Shown here in pieces: positions 1 to 9,179 of a stretch of 64,000 bases of DNA (positions are counted from its first letter, which is position 1; the number at the start of each line of letters is the position of its first letter). The position numbers and the translations under genes are program-made. This DNA is from Segatella copri (GTDB lineage Bacteria > Bacteroidota > Bacteroidia > Bacteroidales > Paludibacteraceae), in NCBI GenBank assembly GCA_963593685.1, contig CAVBBP010000003.1, positions 3,861-67,860 of the forward strand. The letters are read 5' to 3'. The notes below the pieces were generated by a model. The model searched no databases. It was not told the DNA's origin and was given only the letters and a program-made list of their open reading frames with translations.

Positions 1-1
1 C

Positions 2-868
2 GAAGCCTCGCTGTCTATCGGCACAGTCATTGTCGATGGCGACCGCTACAAACTGACCAAAGCGGGCTGGTTTCTGCAAAACGACAAAGTGGTTCAAGCC
101 AACCTCGATTTCAATCACGATGTGAACTATCTCGGACTTTTCCGCCTTGACGAGGCTTTGAAAACGGGCAAACCTGCTGGTTTGAAAGTCTTTGGCGACT
201 GGCCGACCATCTACGAAGGGCTATCGAGTCTGCCCGAACAGGTGCAGAAAAGTTGGTTCGGGTTCGACCATTTCTACTCCGACAACTCGTTCGATGAGGC
301 TCTGCGTGTGGTTTTTGCCAACAAACCGCGCACGCTGCTCGATGTGGGCGGCAACACGGGTCGCTGGGCGTTGCGCTGCGTCGGCTTCGACAAAAATGTG
401 GAGGTTACCATTATGGATTTGCCGCAACAACTCGGCATGATGCGCCAAAAAACGGCTGGTCTCGAAGGTGCCGACCGCATACACGGTCACGGCGCAAACC
501 TGCTCGATGCCAGCGTGCCGTTCCCCGAAGGATTCGATGCCATTTGGATGAGCCAATTTCTCGATTGCTTCTCCGAAACGGAAGTAACGAGCATTTTGCA
601 GCGTGCCGCCGCCGCCATGAACGACGACACGCGCCTCTACATCATGGAAACTTTTTGGGACAGACAAAAATTTGAAACTGCCGCCTACTGCCTCACGCTC
701 ACCAGTCTCTATTTCACCGCATTGGCCAACGGCAACAGCAAAATGTACCACTCCGACGACATGGCGCGCTGCGTTGCCGCCGCTGGCTTGGAGGTGGAGC
801 AGATAATCGACGGCCTTGGACTCGGACACTCTATTATGGTGTGCAAAAAAAGTCGTAAGACTTTTTAA
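2..868 (+). CDS. class I SAM-dependent O-methyltransferase, 5' end outside window
   Basis: Reading frame is open from nt 2 (EASLSIGTVIVDGDRYKLTKAGWFLQNDK) straight into track ORF 89..868, so GTG-89 is not the real start; SAM motif I LLDVGGNTGRWA, acidic loop IMDLP; heads a KS/ACP cluster. Confidence 0.8.
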   Translation, partial: EASLSIGTVIVDGDRYKLTKAGWFLQNDKVVQANLDFNHDVNYLGLFRLDEALKTGKPAGLKVFGDWPTIYEGLSSLPEQVQKSWFGFDHFYSDNSFDEALRVVFANKPRTLLDVGGNTGRWALRCVGFDKNVEVTIMDLPQQLGMMRQKTAGLEGADRIHGHGANLLDASVPFPEGFDAIWMSQFLDCFSETEVTSILQRAAAAMNDDTRLYIMETFWDRQKFETAAYCLTLTSLYFTALANGNSKMYHSDDMARCVAAAGLEVEQIIDGLGLGHSIMVCKKSRKTF

Positions 869-1038
869 TTTCAGATTTCAGATTTCAAATTGTAGGGACG
901 CACCGAGTGCGTCCGAAACGCTTCAACAGTTCAACGATTCAACAAATAACTAGAAACATAGAAACAAAAATTGCGGTAGCAATTTTGAGAAACAATTAGA
1001 AACTAGAAACCAGAAACTAGAAACTCAAAAACCAACCA
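869..1038 (+). repeat. mosaic intergenic repeat block (modules e-g-h-i-j-k-l)
   Basis: TTTCAGATTTCAGATTTCAAATT, g hairpin at 896..914, CTTCAACAGTTCAACGATTCAAC, CATAGAAAC, AAAATTGCGGTAGCAATTTT hairpin, TAGAAACTAGAAACCAGAAAC; same order recurs in 2728..3113, 16952..17167, 38798..39148 and reverse-complemented in 12123..12403. Confidence 0.9.
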
Positions 1039-2727
1039 ATGTCCCGCCATTCGCAAATACCAGCCGTCTATTGGGTTGCCGATCAGATGATTTCGGCGCT
1101 CGGATTTGGTACCGACCAAAACGCTGCGCAGATTTTGGCGTACCAATCGGGCGTGGTGCGGCACAGCGATACGAGCATCAGCGAAACGCCGTTCATGGCA
1201 GGGCAGATCGATTGGCAGCAAATCCCCGAAAATGCCGCTCTTACGCGCTTGGAGCGTTTGATGATTTTCGTGGTCGAACGCCTCAAAAAACAGGTGCCAG
1301 CGGTCGATTTTGCGCGCGATGATGTCGGTTTTGTGCTTTCGACTACCAAAGGCAACATCGACCTTTTGCAGGAACAGGGTTTGACCGACAAACGCATTTT
1401 TCTGCCCAATCTTGCCAAAAAAGTTGCCGATTTTTGCGGCATCACCACAGAGCCAATCGTTATTTCAAATGCTTGTATATCAGGCGTTTCTGCGCTTATT
1501 GTGGCGGCGCGACTCATCGAAGAGCGGCGCTACAAGCACATTTTGGTTGTGGGCGGCGACTTGCTCACGCAGTTTGTGGTGTCGGGTTTTCAGTCCTTCA
1601 AGTCGGTGAGCGAAAAACTTTGCCGCCCTTACGATGCGGCGCGCGACGGTCTGTCGATGGGCGAGGCGTGTGGCGCGGTTCTGCTCTCGAGCGACGAAAA
1701 TCTGCGTGGAAATCAGCCAGTTACGATTCTTGGCGGCAGCATTACCAACGATGCCAATCACATTTCGGGGCCATCGCGCACAGGCGATGGGCTGCACTAC
1801 GCCATACGCAACGCCATGGCCGAGGCGCAAGTGGTTGCGGCAGATTTGGCGTTTGTGAGCGCACACGGCACAGCCACCATTTATAACGACGAAATGGAGA
1901 GTAAATCCCTGAATTTGAGCGATTTACTCGATATTCCGACCAGCAGTCTGAAACCCTATTTCGGCCACACACTTGGCGCGTGCGGCGTGATAGAGAGCAT
2001 TCTTTGCGTGTGGCAACTGCGCCACAAAATGCTCTTTGGTACGCTCGGATTTGAAACGCTCGGCGTGCCTTATCCGATAACGGTTTCGGCTGAACATCAG
2101 GCAATTACGCATGGCGACTGCTGTCTGAAAATTGCTTCGGGCTTTGGCGGCTGCAATGCGGCGATGGTGCTGAAATTGGGAGTGGGCGAAAAAGTGGCGA
2201 ACAAATGGGACGAGTGTGCCATTAGTGTGCAGAAATCGGTGATTTTGGCATCCAATCGCCCCTTTGCCGAGTTTATCCGCGACGAATACCGTGCGTTGAA
2301 TGCGCCGAACATCAAGTTTTTCAAGATGGACGACCAGTGCAAATTGGGCTATGTGGCTGTCGAAAAACTGCTGCAAGGCGTTGATTTAGAGGACGATAGC
2401 ACACGCACTGCCATTGTTGTAGCCAACCACGCCGCCTCGCTCGACACCGATTTGCGCCACCAGCAACTGCTCAATGCGCACGAACCTGTGTCGCCAGCCG
2501 TGTTCGTTTACACGCTGCCAAACATCGTGAGTGGCGAAATCTGCATTCGGCACCACATTCAGGGCGAAAACACCTTTTTTGTGCAGAACGCCCCCGACGG
2601 CTTCACTCGCCAATACGCCGAAAATTTGCTGTGCCGTCGCATCGCCGACCGCGTCATCGTTGGCTGGTGCGAACTGCTCGGCGACCACTATACCGCGAAA
2701 TTTGATCTTTTAAGTCGCAAGATATGA
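1039..2727 (+). CDS. beta-ketoacyl-ACP synthase (KAS I/II type) with C-terminal inactive KS-like extension
   Basis: Cys-His-His contexts ISNACISGVSAL, SAHGTATIYND, FGHTLGACG; about 170 extra C-terminal residues without a catalytic Cys; last codons and stop lie in repeat module a. Confidence 0.85.
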   Translation: MSRHSQIPAVYWVADQMISALGFGTDQNAAQILAYQSGVVRHSDTSISETPFMAGQIDWQQIPENAALTRLERLMIFVVERLKKQVPAVDFARDDVGFVLSTTKGNIDLLQEQGLTDKRIFLPNLAKKVADFCGITTEPIVISNACISGVSALIVAARLIEERRYKHILVVGGDLLTQFVVSGFQSFKSVSEKLCRPYDAARDGLSMGEACGAVLLSSDENLRGNQPVTILGGSITNDANHISGPSRTGDGLHYAIRNAMAEAQVVAADLAFVSAHGTATIYNDEMESKSLNLSDLLDIPTSSLKPYFGHTLGACGVIESILCVWQLRHKMLFGTLGFETLGVPYPITVSAEHQAITHGDCCLKIASGFGGCNAAMVLKLGVGEKVANKWDECAISVQKSVILASNRPFAEFIRDEYRALNAPNIKFFKMDDQCKLGYVAVEKLLQGVDLEDDSTRTAIVVANHAASLDTDLRHQQLLNAHEPVSPAVFVYTLPNIVSGEICIRHHIQGENTFFVQNAPDGFTRQYAENLLCRRIADRVIVGWCELLGDHYTAKFDLLSRKI

Positions 2728-3113
2728 GTAGCAAGTAGCAAGAAAAATTAGGAGTGAGGAATTAGGAGTGAGGAATCTTTAGTGAGAAGTGAGCAGTGAG
2801 CAGTGAGCAGTGATGCGGCAAAGCCGCAATTTCAAATTTTATTTGATTTTTGCTCCGCTCGGCATAGTTCAAACGAGTTTGACTCTGCGCTCGCTTGTCG
2901 CACAAATTCAGAATTTCAAATTGTAGGGACGCACCGAGTGCGTCCGAAACAGTTCAACGATTAAACGATTCAACAAATAACCAGAAACATAGAAACTTAG
3001 AAACAAAAATTGCGGCAGCAATTTTGAGAAACAATTAGAAACCAGAAATTAGAAATAACTTTTTCACTTTACACACTTTATAGACTTTCAACTTTATAAA
3101 CTTTCACACTATT
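2728..3113 (+). repeat. mosaic intergenic repeat block, longest colinear copy (a-b-c-d-f-e-g-h-i-j-k-l-m)
   Basis: GTAGCAAGTAGCAAG, TTAGGAGTGAGGAATTAGGAGTGAGGAA, AGTGAGAAGTGAGCAGTGAGCAGTGAGC, GATGCGGCAAAGCCGCAAT hairpin, divergent f core, g hairpin 2927..2945, k hairpin, ACTTT words running up to the ACP start codon. Confidence 0.9.
2836..2912 (+). repeat. f core copy 1 (most divergent)
   Basis: TTTTATTTGATTTTTGCTCCGCTCGGCATAGTTCAAACGAGTTTGACTCTGCGCTCGCTTGTCGCACAAATTC aligns by eye with five other copies. Confidence 0.8.
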
Positions 3114-3371
3114 ATGGAACAACTGATTGAACAACTGAAACAGCAACTTATCGAGGCACTGAATTTGGAAGAGATGACGCCCGCCGACATCGATACCGAT
3201 GCGCCGCTTTTTGGCGCGGGCTTGGGCTTGGATTCGATTGATGCGCTCGAAATCATCTTGATTCTCGAACGCGAATACGGCATCAAACTGCCCGACCCGA
3301 AAGCCGCCAAAGCGCATTTTGCCTCGGTGCGCACACTGGCCGAATTCATCGCTGCCAACCGCACGAAATAG
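3114..3371 (+). CDS. acyl carrier protein (phosphopantetheine-binding)
   Basis: 85 aa, GLGLDSIDALEI with the conserved Ser; lies between two KS genes. Confidence 0.85.
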   Translation: MEQLIEQLKQQLIEALNLEEMTPADIDTDAPLFGAGLGLDSIDALEIILILEREYGIKLPDPKAAKAHFASVRTLAEFIAANRTK

Positions 3372-3380
3372 CAGCGAAAC

Positions 3381-3436
3381 TGACTTGCCGCAGTCAATTT
3401 TTTGAGGTAGAGTAGAGGCTCTGCCTACTGTTTTTT
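3381..3436 (+). terminator. two weak hairpin+T-run candidates after ACP (possible attenuator)
   Basis: TGACT-TGCCGC-AGTCA followed by ATTTTTT (3381..3403); GTAGAGGC-TCT-GCCTAC followed by TGTTTTTT (3412..3436); stems are short. Confidence 0.3.
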
Positions 3437-3477
3437 GGCACAAATCGCCACAAAAACTCTCCAATTCTTTCCAATGT

Positions 3478-3672
3478 TTGAAAGATTGGAAAGTTTGTAG
3501 GTTATAGTTTATAGTTTATAGTTTATAGACAAAAGAATAAAGAGTAAAGACAAAAGACCTAGGCTTTTCCCCCTTCGGGGGAAACGGGAAAGGGGGCTAC
3601 GACCATCACCAATGCGTTAAACCGATCAACCAATCAACTTTTCAACGACCAAATAACCAAATCCAAAAACTT
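3478..3672 (+). repeat. mosaic intergenic repeat block (n-o-p-q-i)
   Basis: GGTTATAGTTTATAGTTTATAGTTTATAGAC, AAAAGAATAAAGAGTAAAGACAAAAGAC, p module, AATGCGTTAAACCGATCAACCAATCAAC, AAATAACCAAATCC up to the GTG start of the next KS. Confidence 0.9.
3562..3600 (+). repeat. p module copy (5C/5G type)
   Basis: GGCTTTTCCCCCTTCGGGGGAAACGGGAAAGGGGGCTAC; TTTCCCCC pairs with GGGGGAAA around a TTC loop. Confidence 0.85.
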
Positions 3673-5625
3673 GTGATAAAAATCTCTGGCATAGGAATTG
3701 TATCGGCGTTGGGCGTGGGCGTGCAGCGCAACTGCGAGGCTTTGCGGGCAGGGCAGAGTGGTTTGGGCAGCGTGTCGCTGTTCAAAACGAACCACCGCGT
3801 GCCTGTGGGCGAAGTGAAACTGTCGAACGATGCACTGAAAAAGCGGCTTGGATTGCCTGAAAATGCCCCCTTTTCGCGTACGGCACTGCTCGGTATGCTG
3901 GCCGCCAAAGAGGCTGTCGATGATGCGCAAATTGCTGTTAATCAGCGCATTGGGTTAGTTTCGGCGACCTCGGTGGGCGGCATGGATCTGACCGAATGTT
4001 TCTACCGTGATTTCATGCACGACCCCAACAAAGGCCGCTTGCGCCTTGCTGCCCACCACGACAGTGCCGACAGCACGCTACAAATAGCCAATTACTGCGG
4101 CATTCACGACTTTTCAACAACCATTTCTACCGCCTGTTCGTCTGCGGCAAACGCCATCATGCTTGGTGCGCGACTGTTGCAGGCGGGGCTGCTCGATGTG
4201 GTGGTGGCTGGTGGCACCGATTCGCTCTGCCAATTCACGCTCAACGGCTTCAAATCGCTGATGATTTTGGACGAAAATCGCTGCCGACCGTTCGACGACA
4301 CGCGCGCTGGGCTCAATCTTGGCGAGGGTGCAGGTTTCATCGTGCTGCAACGCGCCGAAAGCCCATCAGCAAAGAGTTACGGCTATTTGCTCGGTTTTGC
4401 GAATGCCAATGACGCGACTCACCAAACAGCCACTTCGCAGACTGGCGATGGGGCTTTCCTCTCGATGTCGAAGGCGTTGGCGATGGCCAAGTTATCAACA
4501 GCCGACATCGACTATATCAATGTGCATGGCACTGGCACAAGCAACAACGACGCTTCGGAAGGTGCGGCGTTGCAGCGGCTTTTTGGCGCAAATGTGCCGA
4601 CATTCAGTTCGACCAAAGCCTTTACGGGACACACGCTGGCGGCCGCTGGCGGCATCGAGGCGGTGTTTGCGCTGCTATCGCTCCAGCAGGGTGCAGTGTG
4701 GCCGAACCTCAACTTTTCAACGCCGATGCACGAACTGCCGCTTGTGCCGCAAACCGATTTCGCCGAAAATCGCAATCTGCGCCATGTGATGAGCAATTCG
4801 TTTGGCTTTGGCGGTAATTGCGCCACGCTCATCTTTGGCAAAGATGCTACGAAATCGGACGAAAAATGGCACGAAAAACCTGTTTACATCAACATCGCCA
4901 CATCAGACAAAACACTGACAGATGACATAAAAACGTTGATTCCCGACGCTGCCTTGCGCCGCCGCATGAGCCGCATAGTGAAAATGGGCGTGAGCGTGGG
5001 CATGGCGTGCGTTCAGCGTTGCAGTCAGCCAATCGACGCCATCATCACGGCTACGGGCTTCGGCTGCTTGGACGACAGCGAAAAATTTCTGCGCACGCTT
5101 ATCGAAAACGACGAATCGCTGCTCAATCCCACGCCATTCATACAATCGACCTTCAACACGGTGGGCGGACAGATTGGGCTGCTCTGCAAAAATCACTGCT
5201 ACAACATGACTTACACGCACCGTGGGCGCAGTTTCGAGAGCGCGCTGCTCGATGCTATCTTGCTGATACAGAGCGGTGAAGCGCATTGTGTGCTGCTCGG
5301 CGGATTCGACAATAACACGCCGTCGCAACTGAAAATTATGGAGCGCATGGGACTTTGGCGGCACGCCACGGCAGGCGAAGGTGCCTACTTTTTTGTGCTT
5401 TCCGACAAACCGCAGCCCGAGGCGTTGGCGCAGGTGTTTCTGCCCGAATTTTTGTCCGAATTGCCCGCTGGCGCAACGGTCGATTATGCGGCGTGCGGCA
5501 CATTCCACACGGCCTCGGCGGCCGCCTTGTTTGCCGCCTTAACCGACTGCAAATCAGACAGATGGATTTATAACAGTTACTTCGATCAAGCACCGACCGC
5601 CATACACATCGCGCCCTGCAAATGA
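3673..5625 (+). CDS. beta-ketoacyl-ACP synthase fused to a chain-length-factor-like domain
   Basis: TACSSAANAI, NVHGTGTSNND, TGHTLAAAGG in residues 1-400; residues ~410-650 (RRRMSRIVKMGVSVG...) look like the inactive KS/CLF partner of aryl-polyene clusters; GTG start. Confidence 0.85.
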   Translation: MIKISGIGIVSALGVGVQRNCEALRAGQSGLGSVSLFKTNHRVPVGEVKLSNDALKKRLGLPENAPFSRTALLGMLAAKEAVDDAQIAVNQRIGLVSATSVGGMDLTECFYRDFMHDPNKGRLRLAAHHDSADSTLQIANYCGIHDFSTTISTACSSAANAIMLGARLLQAGLLDVVVAGGTDSLCQFTLNGFKSLMILDENRCRPFDDTRAGLNLGEGAGFIVLQRAESPSAKSYGYLLGFANANDATHQTATSQTGDGAFLSMSKALAMAKLSTADIDYINVHGTGTSNNDASEGAALQRLFGANVPTFSSTKAFTGHTLAAAGGIEAVFALLSLQQGAVWPNLNFSTPMHELPLVPQTDFAENRNLRHVMSNSFGFGGNCATLIFGKDATKSDEKWHEKPVYINIATSDKTLTDDIKTLIPDAALRRRMSRIVKMGVSVGMACVQRCSQPIDAIITATGFGCLDDSEKFLRTLIENDESLLNPTPFIQSTFNTVGGQIGLLCKNHCYNMTYTHRGRSFESALLDAILLIQSGEAHCVLLGGFDNNTPSQLKIMERMGLWRHATAGEGAYFFVLSDKPQPEALAQVFLPEFLSELPAGATVDYAACGTFHTASAAALFAALTDCKSDRWIYNSYFDQAPTAIHIAPCK

Positions 5626-6290
5626 CGCTTTTTTTGTCTATCATAGGAATTTTGCTTATCTTTACGCTCCTGTTTTTGGCGTCGTACAGTCTGCGTTTGA
5701 GCGTTTATGTGCGCGCTGTGTGCCGCCTGAAAACGGACAAAAGGGCAGTGGCTCTCACTTTCGACGATGGCTGCGATGCGGTGCAAACGCCGAAAATTTT
5801 GGACATTTTGCGCAAAAATGGCGTTCACGCTACCTTTTTTCTGATTGGCGAAAAGGCGGCGCAATGTCCCGATGTGGTGCGCCGTATGGTGGCCGAGGGG
5901 CATCGTGTGGGCATTCACACCATGCGCCACGAAAGCACATTTCCGCTCAAATCGACGCACAAAGTGATGGCCGACTTGCGTGCCACGCGCGAACTTTTGG
6001 AGCAGATTTGCGGCGAAAAAATCGACCTGTTTCGACCGCCATTTGGCGTTACAAATCCGCATATTGGTCTGGCAGTGAGGCGATTAGGCTTGAAAACCAT
6101 CGGTTGGAGCATACGCTCGTACGACACCAACGCGCGCCGCACACGCTGCGAGGTGGTGCAACACATCGAACGGCGGCTACATAGCGGCGCAATCATCTTG
6201 CTGCACGACGACCGCCCCGAAAGCGACCTGCTGCTCACGAAACTTTTGGAGATGCTGAAACGCCACGAATATGAAATTGTAACAATTTGA
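5622..6290 (+). CDS. polysaccharide deacetylase (NodB domain) with N-terminal TM helix
   Basis: LTFDDG, HTMRHE motifs; ATGA overlap with upstream KS stop. Confidence 0.8.
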   Translation: MTLFLSIIGILLIFTLLFLASYSLRLSVYVRAVCRLKTDKRAVALTFDDGCDAVQTPKILDILRKNGVHATFFLIGEKAAQCPDVVRRMVAEGHRVGIHTMRHESTFPLKSTHKVMADLRATRELLEQICGEKIDLFRPPFGVTNPHIGLAVRRLGLKTIGWSIRSYDTNARRTRCEVVQHIERRLHSGAIILLHDDRPESDLLLTKLLEMLKRHEYEIVTI

Positions 6291-6292
6291 TT

Positions 6293-6919
6293 ATGAAACG
6301 ATTATACATTTCGATACTTTCGGTTTTTGTCAGTTGCAGCGTGCTTTTTGCTGAAACTGAAACCGAAATTTTGACCAAAATCAGCGAAAATGGGGCAGCC
6401 ATTGCCACCATCGAGAGCCGTTTTTCGCAGCGAAAACACGCCAAAGCATTGAAAAACGATGCCCTGTCGAGCGGCCGTTTTTACTACCAAAAGAGCGACA
6501 AAGTCTGCATGGCTTACGACACGCCGCGCGGCGACCTGCTGCTGATGAACGGCGACGATTTTGTGATGGTTGTGGGCGGCAAACGCAGCGCCGCCAATGC
6601 GCAAAGCAACCCGATGCTCAAACAGATGCGCACGCTGCTAACTGCCTGTGTGAGTGGCGATTTCGAGCGACTGAAAACTGGACGAAACACCAAAATTTCG
6701 GTAACGGAAACCGACCGAAACTACATTTTGACCGCCGTTTTCGATGGCTCGGCCAAGAAATACTTTGCCAATGTGGTGCTGACATTCGACAAAAATAGCC
6801 TCGCATTGCTGGTTCTGCGTATGAACGAAGCCAACGGCAATTTCACTGAATATCAGTTCGAAAAGCCAGTGTTCAATCAGCCTATCGACGCTAAAATTTT
6901 TAGCAAAAATAATTTGTAA
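6293..6919 (+). CDS. LolA-like outer-membrane lipoprotein carrier family protein
   Basis: Signal peptide MKRLYISILSVFVSCSVLFA; ~200-aa protein in the position a LolA-like gene occupies in aryl-polyene clusters; I prefer ATG 6293 to track TTG 6287. Confidence 0.6.
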   Translation: MKRLYISILSVFVSCSVLFAETETEILTKISENGAAIATIESRFSQRKHAKALKNDALSSGRFYYQKSDKVCMAYDTPRGDLLLMNGDDFVMVVGGKRSAANAQSNPMLKQMRTLLTACVSGDFERLKTGRNTKISVTETDRNYILTAVFDGSAKKYFANVVLTFDKNSLALLVLRMNEANGNFTEYQFEKPVFNQPIDAKIFSKNNL

Positions 6920-6951
6920 TCGTCTGATTCGTAATTTCTTATAAATAAAAG

Positions 6952-8136
6952 TTGAAGTTTTACTTTAACGACATAAAACAGCGTATCAAGAACCTGAATT
7001 GCGTGGTGCTGATACCGACCTACAACAACGCTGGCACGCTGTTGCAGGTTATTGACGCTGTGCGCCGCTACGCTACCGACATAATGGTGGTGAACGACGG
7101 CAGCACCGACAACACCGCCGCACTTTTGGCCGCCAAACCCGACCTGCACACCATCGGTTATGCACGCAATCGCGGTAAGGGCTATGCGCTGAAAATGGGT
7201 CTGCGCGAGGCAGCACGCTTGGGCTACGCCTACGCCATCACCATCGACAGCGATGGGCAGCACTATGCCGACGACATCGCCGTGTTTGTGGCGGCCGCCG
7301 AGCAGCAACCCGACACGCTTTTTGTGGGTGCGCGCAACCTGCAAGCCGAAAATATGCCGCAACGCAACACCTTTGCCAACCGCTTTTCAAATTTTTGGTA
7401 TTGGGCGGAAACTGGCATCAAACTCACTGATACACAGTCGGGTTTTAGGCTCTATCCGTTGGCGAAATTGGCAAAAATGCGCTTCATCACATCGCGCTAC
7501 GAATTTGAGGTGGAGGTGCTGGTGCGTGCCGCTTGGAAGGGCATAAAGGTCGCAAATGTGCCGATAAAAGTCTATTATCCGCCCGCCGCCGAGCGTGTGT
7601 CGCATTTCCGTCCAGCGCGCGATTTCACGCGAATTTCGCTGCTGAACACCTACTTGGTGCTTGTCGCTCTGCTGATTTATTATCCGTGGCGTTTTCTGCA
7701 CGCGCTCACATGGACGAATGTGAAGCGTTTTGTGCAGCGCAATATCACGCAGTCGCCCGAGAGCAACCTGCGTATGTCGCTGGCCATCGGGTTGGGCATC
7801 TGTTGCGGCATACTGCCTGCGTGGGGTTACCAAATGTGGATTGCGTTGGGCGTGGCGCAGGTGGCGCGGCTCAACAAAGTGCTGGCTGTGGTGGCGAGCA
7901 ACATCAGTGTGCCGCCCATGATTCCGTTCATTCTGTTTGGCAGTTACGCCATCGGTTGTCGCCTGTTGGGCAATCCTATTGCGCTGCTGTTCAGCGAAGT
8001 AACCTTCGACAGCGTGATGGTGAACCTGTGGCAATATCTGCTCGGCGCATGCGTGCTGGCACTACTGGCTGGCCTCGTGGCGTGGTTGATTAGTTGGGCA
8101 TTGTTGGGAATTTTTAGGAAAGGGAAGCGCAGATGA
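6952..8136 (+). CDS. family 2 glycosyltransferase fused to DUF2062-like membrane domain
   Basis: VVLIPTYNNAGTL, DSDGQH (DxD) in the first ~230 aa; multi-TM C-terminus; TTG start (no upstream ATG). Confidence 0.75.
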   Translation: MKFYFNDIKQRIKNLNCVVLIPTYNNAGTLLQVIDAVRRYATDIMVVNDGSTDNTAALLAAKPDLHTIGYARNRGKGYALKMGLREAARLGYAYAITIDSDGQHYADDIAVFVAAAEQQPDTLFVGARNLQAENMPQRNTFANRFSNFWYWAETGIKLTDTQSGFRLYPLAKLAKMRFITSRYEFEVEVLVRAAWKGIKVANVPIKVYYPPAAERVSHFRPARDFTRISLLNTYLVLVALLIYYPWRFLHALTWTNVKRFVQRNITQSPESNLRMSLAIGLGICCGILPAWGYQMWIALGVAQVARLNKVLAVVASNISVPPMIPFILFGSYAIGCRLLGNPIALLFSEVTFDSVMVNLWQYLLGACVLALLAGLVAWLISWALLGIFRKGKRR

Positions 8137-9179
8137 TAGAAAAAACGCACACATTTATAGACCTTTTTTCTGGTTGTGGAGGCATGTCCTTAGGATTTGA
8201 AATGGCTGGTTTTGAAAGTATTTTGGCCATAGATAATTGGGCAGACGCTTTGAATACATATAAGTACAACAGACATGGAGCAAAAACTCTCTGTGTGGAT
8301 TTGGCAAGTATAGAAACGGAAGATGTAGAAAATGCCATAAATGGTAAAAGGGTAGATGTGATTATTGGTGGTCCTCCGTGTCAAGGCTTTTCTGTTGCTG
8401 GAAAAAGAATTGTTGACGACGAACGAAATATACTCTATAAGAGTTTTGTTCGCATGGTTCAATATTTTCAGCCCAAAGCCTTTGTAATGGAAAATGTGCC
8501 AAACATTTTAAGTATTGGTAATGGGATCGTAAAAAAATCTATTTTAAGTGATTTCGAAAAGTTGGGATATACTGTGAAAGTGCAAGTATTGACGGCTTCT
8601 GATTATGGCGTACCACAAAATAGGCGACGCGCCGTGTTTGTTGGTCTACTAAATGGAAAAGAGTTTGAATTTCCTACACCCATTGTAGATGTTGCTAACC
8701 GCGTTACTGCTTACGAAGCGTTGGGCGACTTGCCAGAATACTCGCTGCTAGACGGTGCAGATTATCCTGTAGAAGCGAGTTGTGCCTATCAAACATATGT
8801 AAGAGCCGATAGCAAAGGCGTGTATAATCATGAAATAACAATTCATAATGAGCAAACAAAATCTATAATAGCGATGGTTCCCGATGGCGGCAATTACAAA
8901 GACTTACCTGTAGAATTGCAACAGACGAGAAAGGTGCATATCGCTTGGACAAGACTCAACAGCAAGAAACCGAGTTTTACAATAGATTGTGGACATAGGC
9001 ATCACTTCCATTATGAATGGAACAGGATTCCGACTGTTAGGGAAAGCGCAAGGCTACAGTCTTTCCCAGATGATATTATCTTTTTGGGTACAAAAACAAG
9101 CCAATATAAGCAAGTTGGTAACGCAGTACCTCCTTTAATGGCAAAATCAATAGCAGATCAATTAAATAAAATACTATGA
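8133..9179 (+). CDS. DNA (cytosine-5)-methyltransferase, RM subunit M1
   Basis: Motif I FIDLFSGCGGMSLGF, motif IV GGPPCQGFS, ENV, QNRRR, GNAVPP; AT-rich codons; ATGA overlap with the GT2 stop. Confidence 0.95.
   Translation: MIEKTHTFIDLFSGCGGMSLGFEMAGFESILAIDNWADALNTYKYNRHGAKTLCVDLASIETEDVENAINGKRVDVIIGGPPCQGFSVAGKRIVDDERNILYKSFVRMVQYFQPKAFVMENVPNILSIGNGIVKKSILSDFEKLGYTVKVQVLTASDYGVPQNRRRAVFVGLLNGKEFEFPTPIVDVANRVTAYEALGDLPEYSLLDGADYPVEASCAYQTYVRADSKGVYNHEITIHNEQTKSIIAMVPDGGNYKDLPVELQQTRKVHIAWTRLNSKKPSFTIDCGHRHHFHYEWNRIPTVRESARLQSFPDDIIFLGTKTSQYKQVGNAVPPLMAKSIADQLNKIL

Noticed and set aside
896-914. The idea that the g hairpin is the target of the M-R-M system, because it contains GACGC/GCGTC (the HgaI-type asymmetric site)
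   Set aside because: This is pure coincidence-level reasoning. The specificity of the cassette is unknown and any 5-mer will occur in some repeat. I keep it only as something a methylome would settle.
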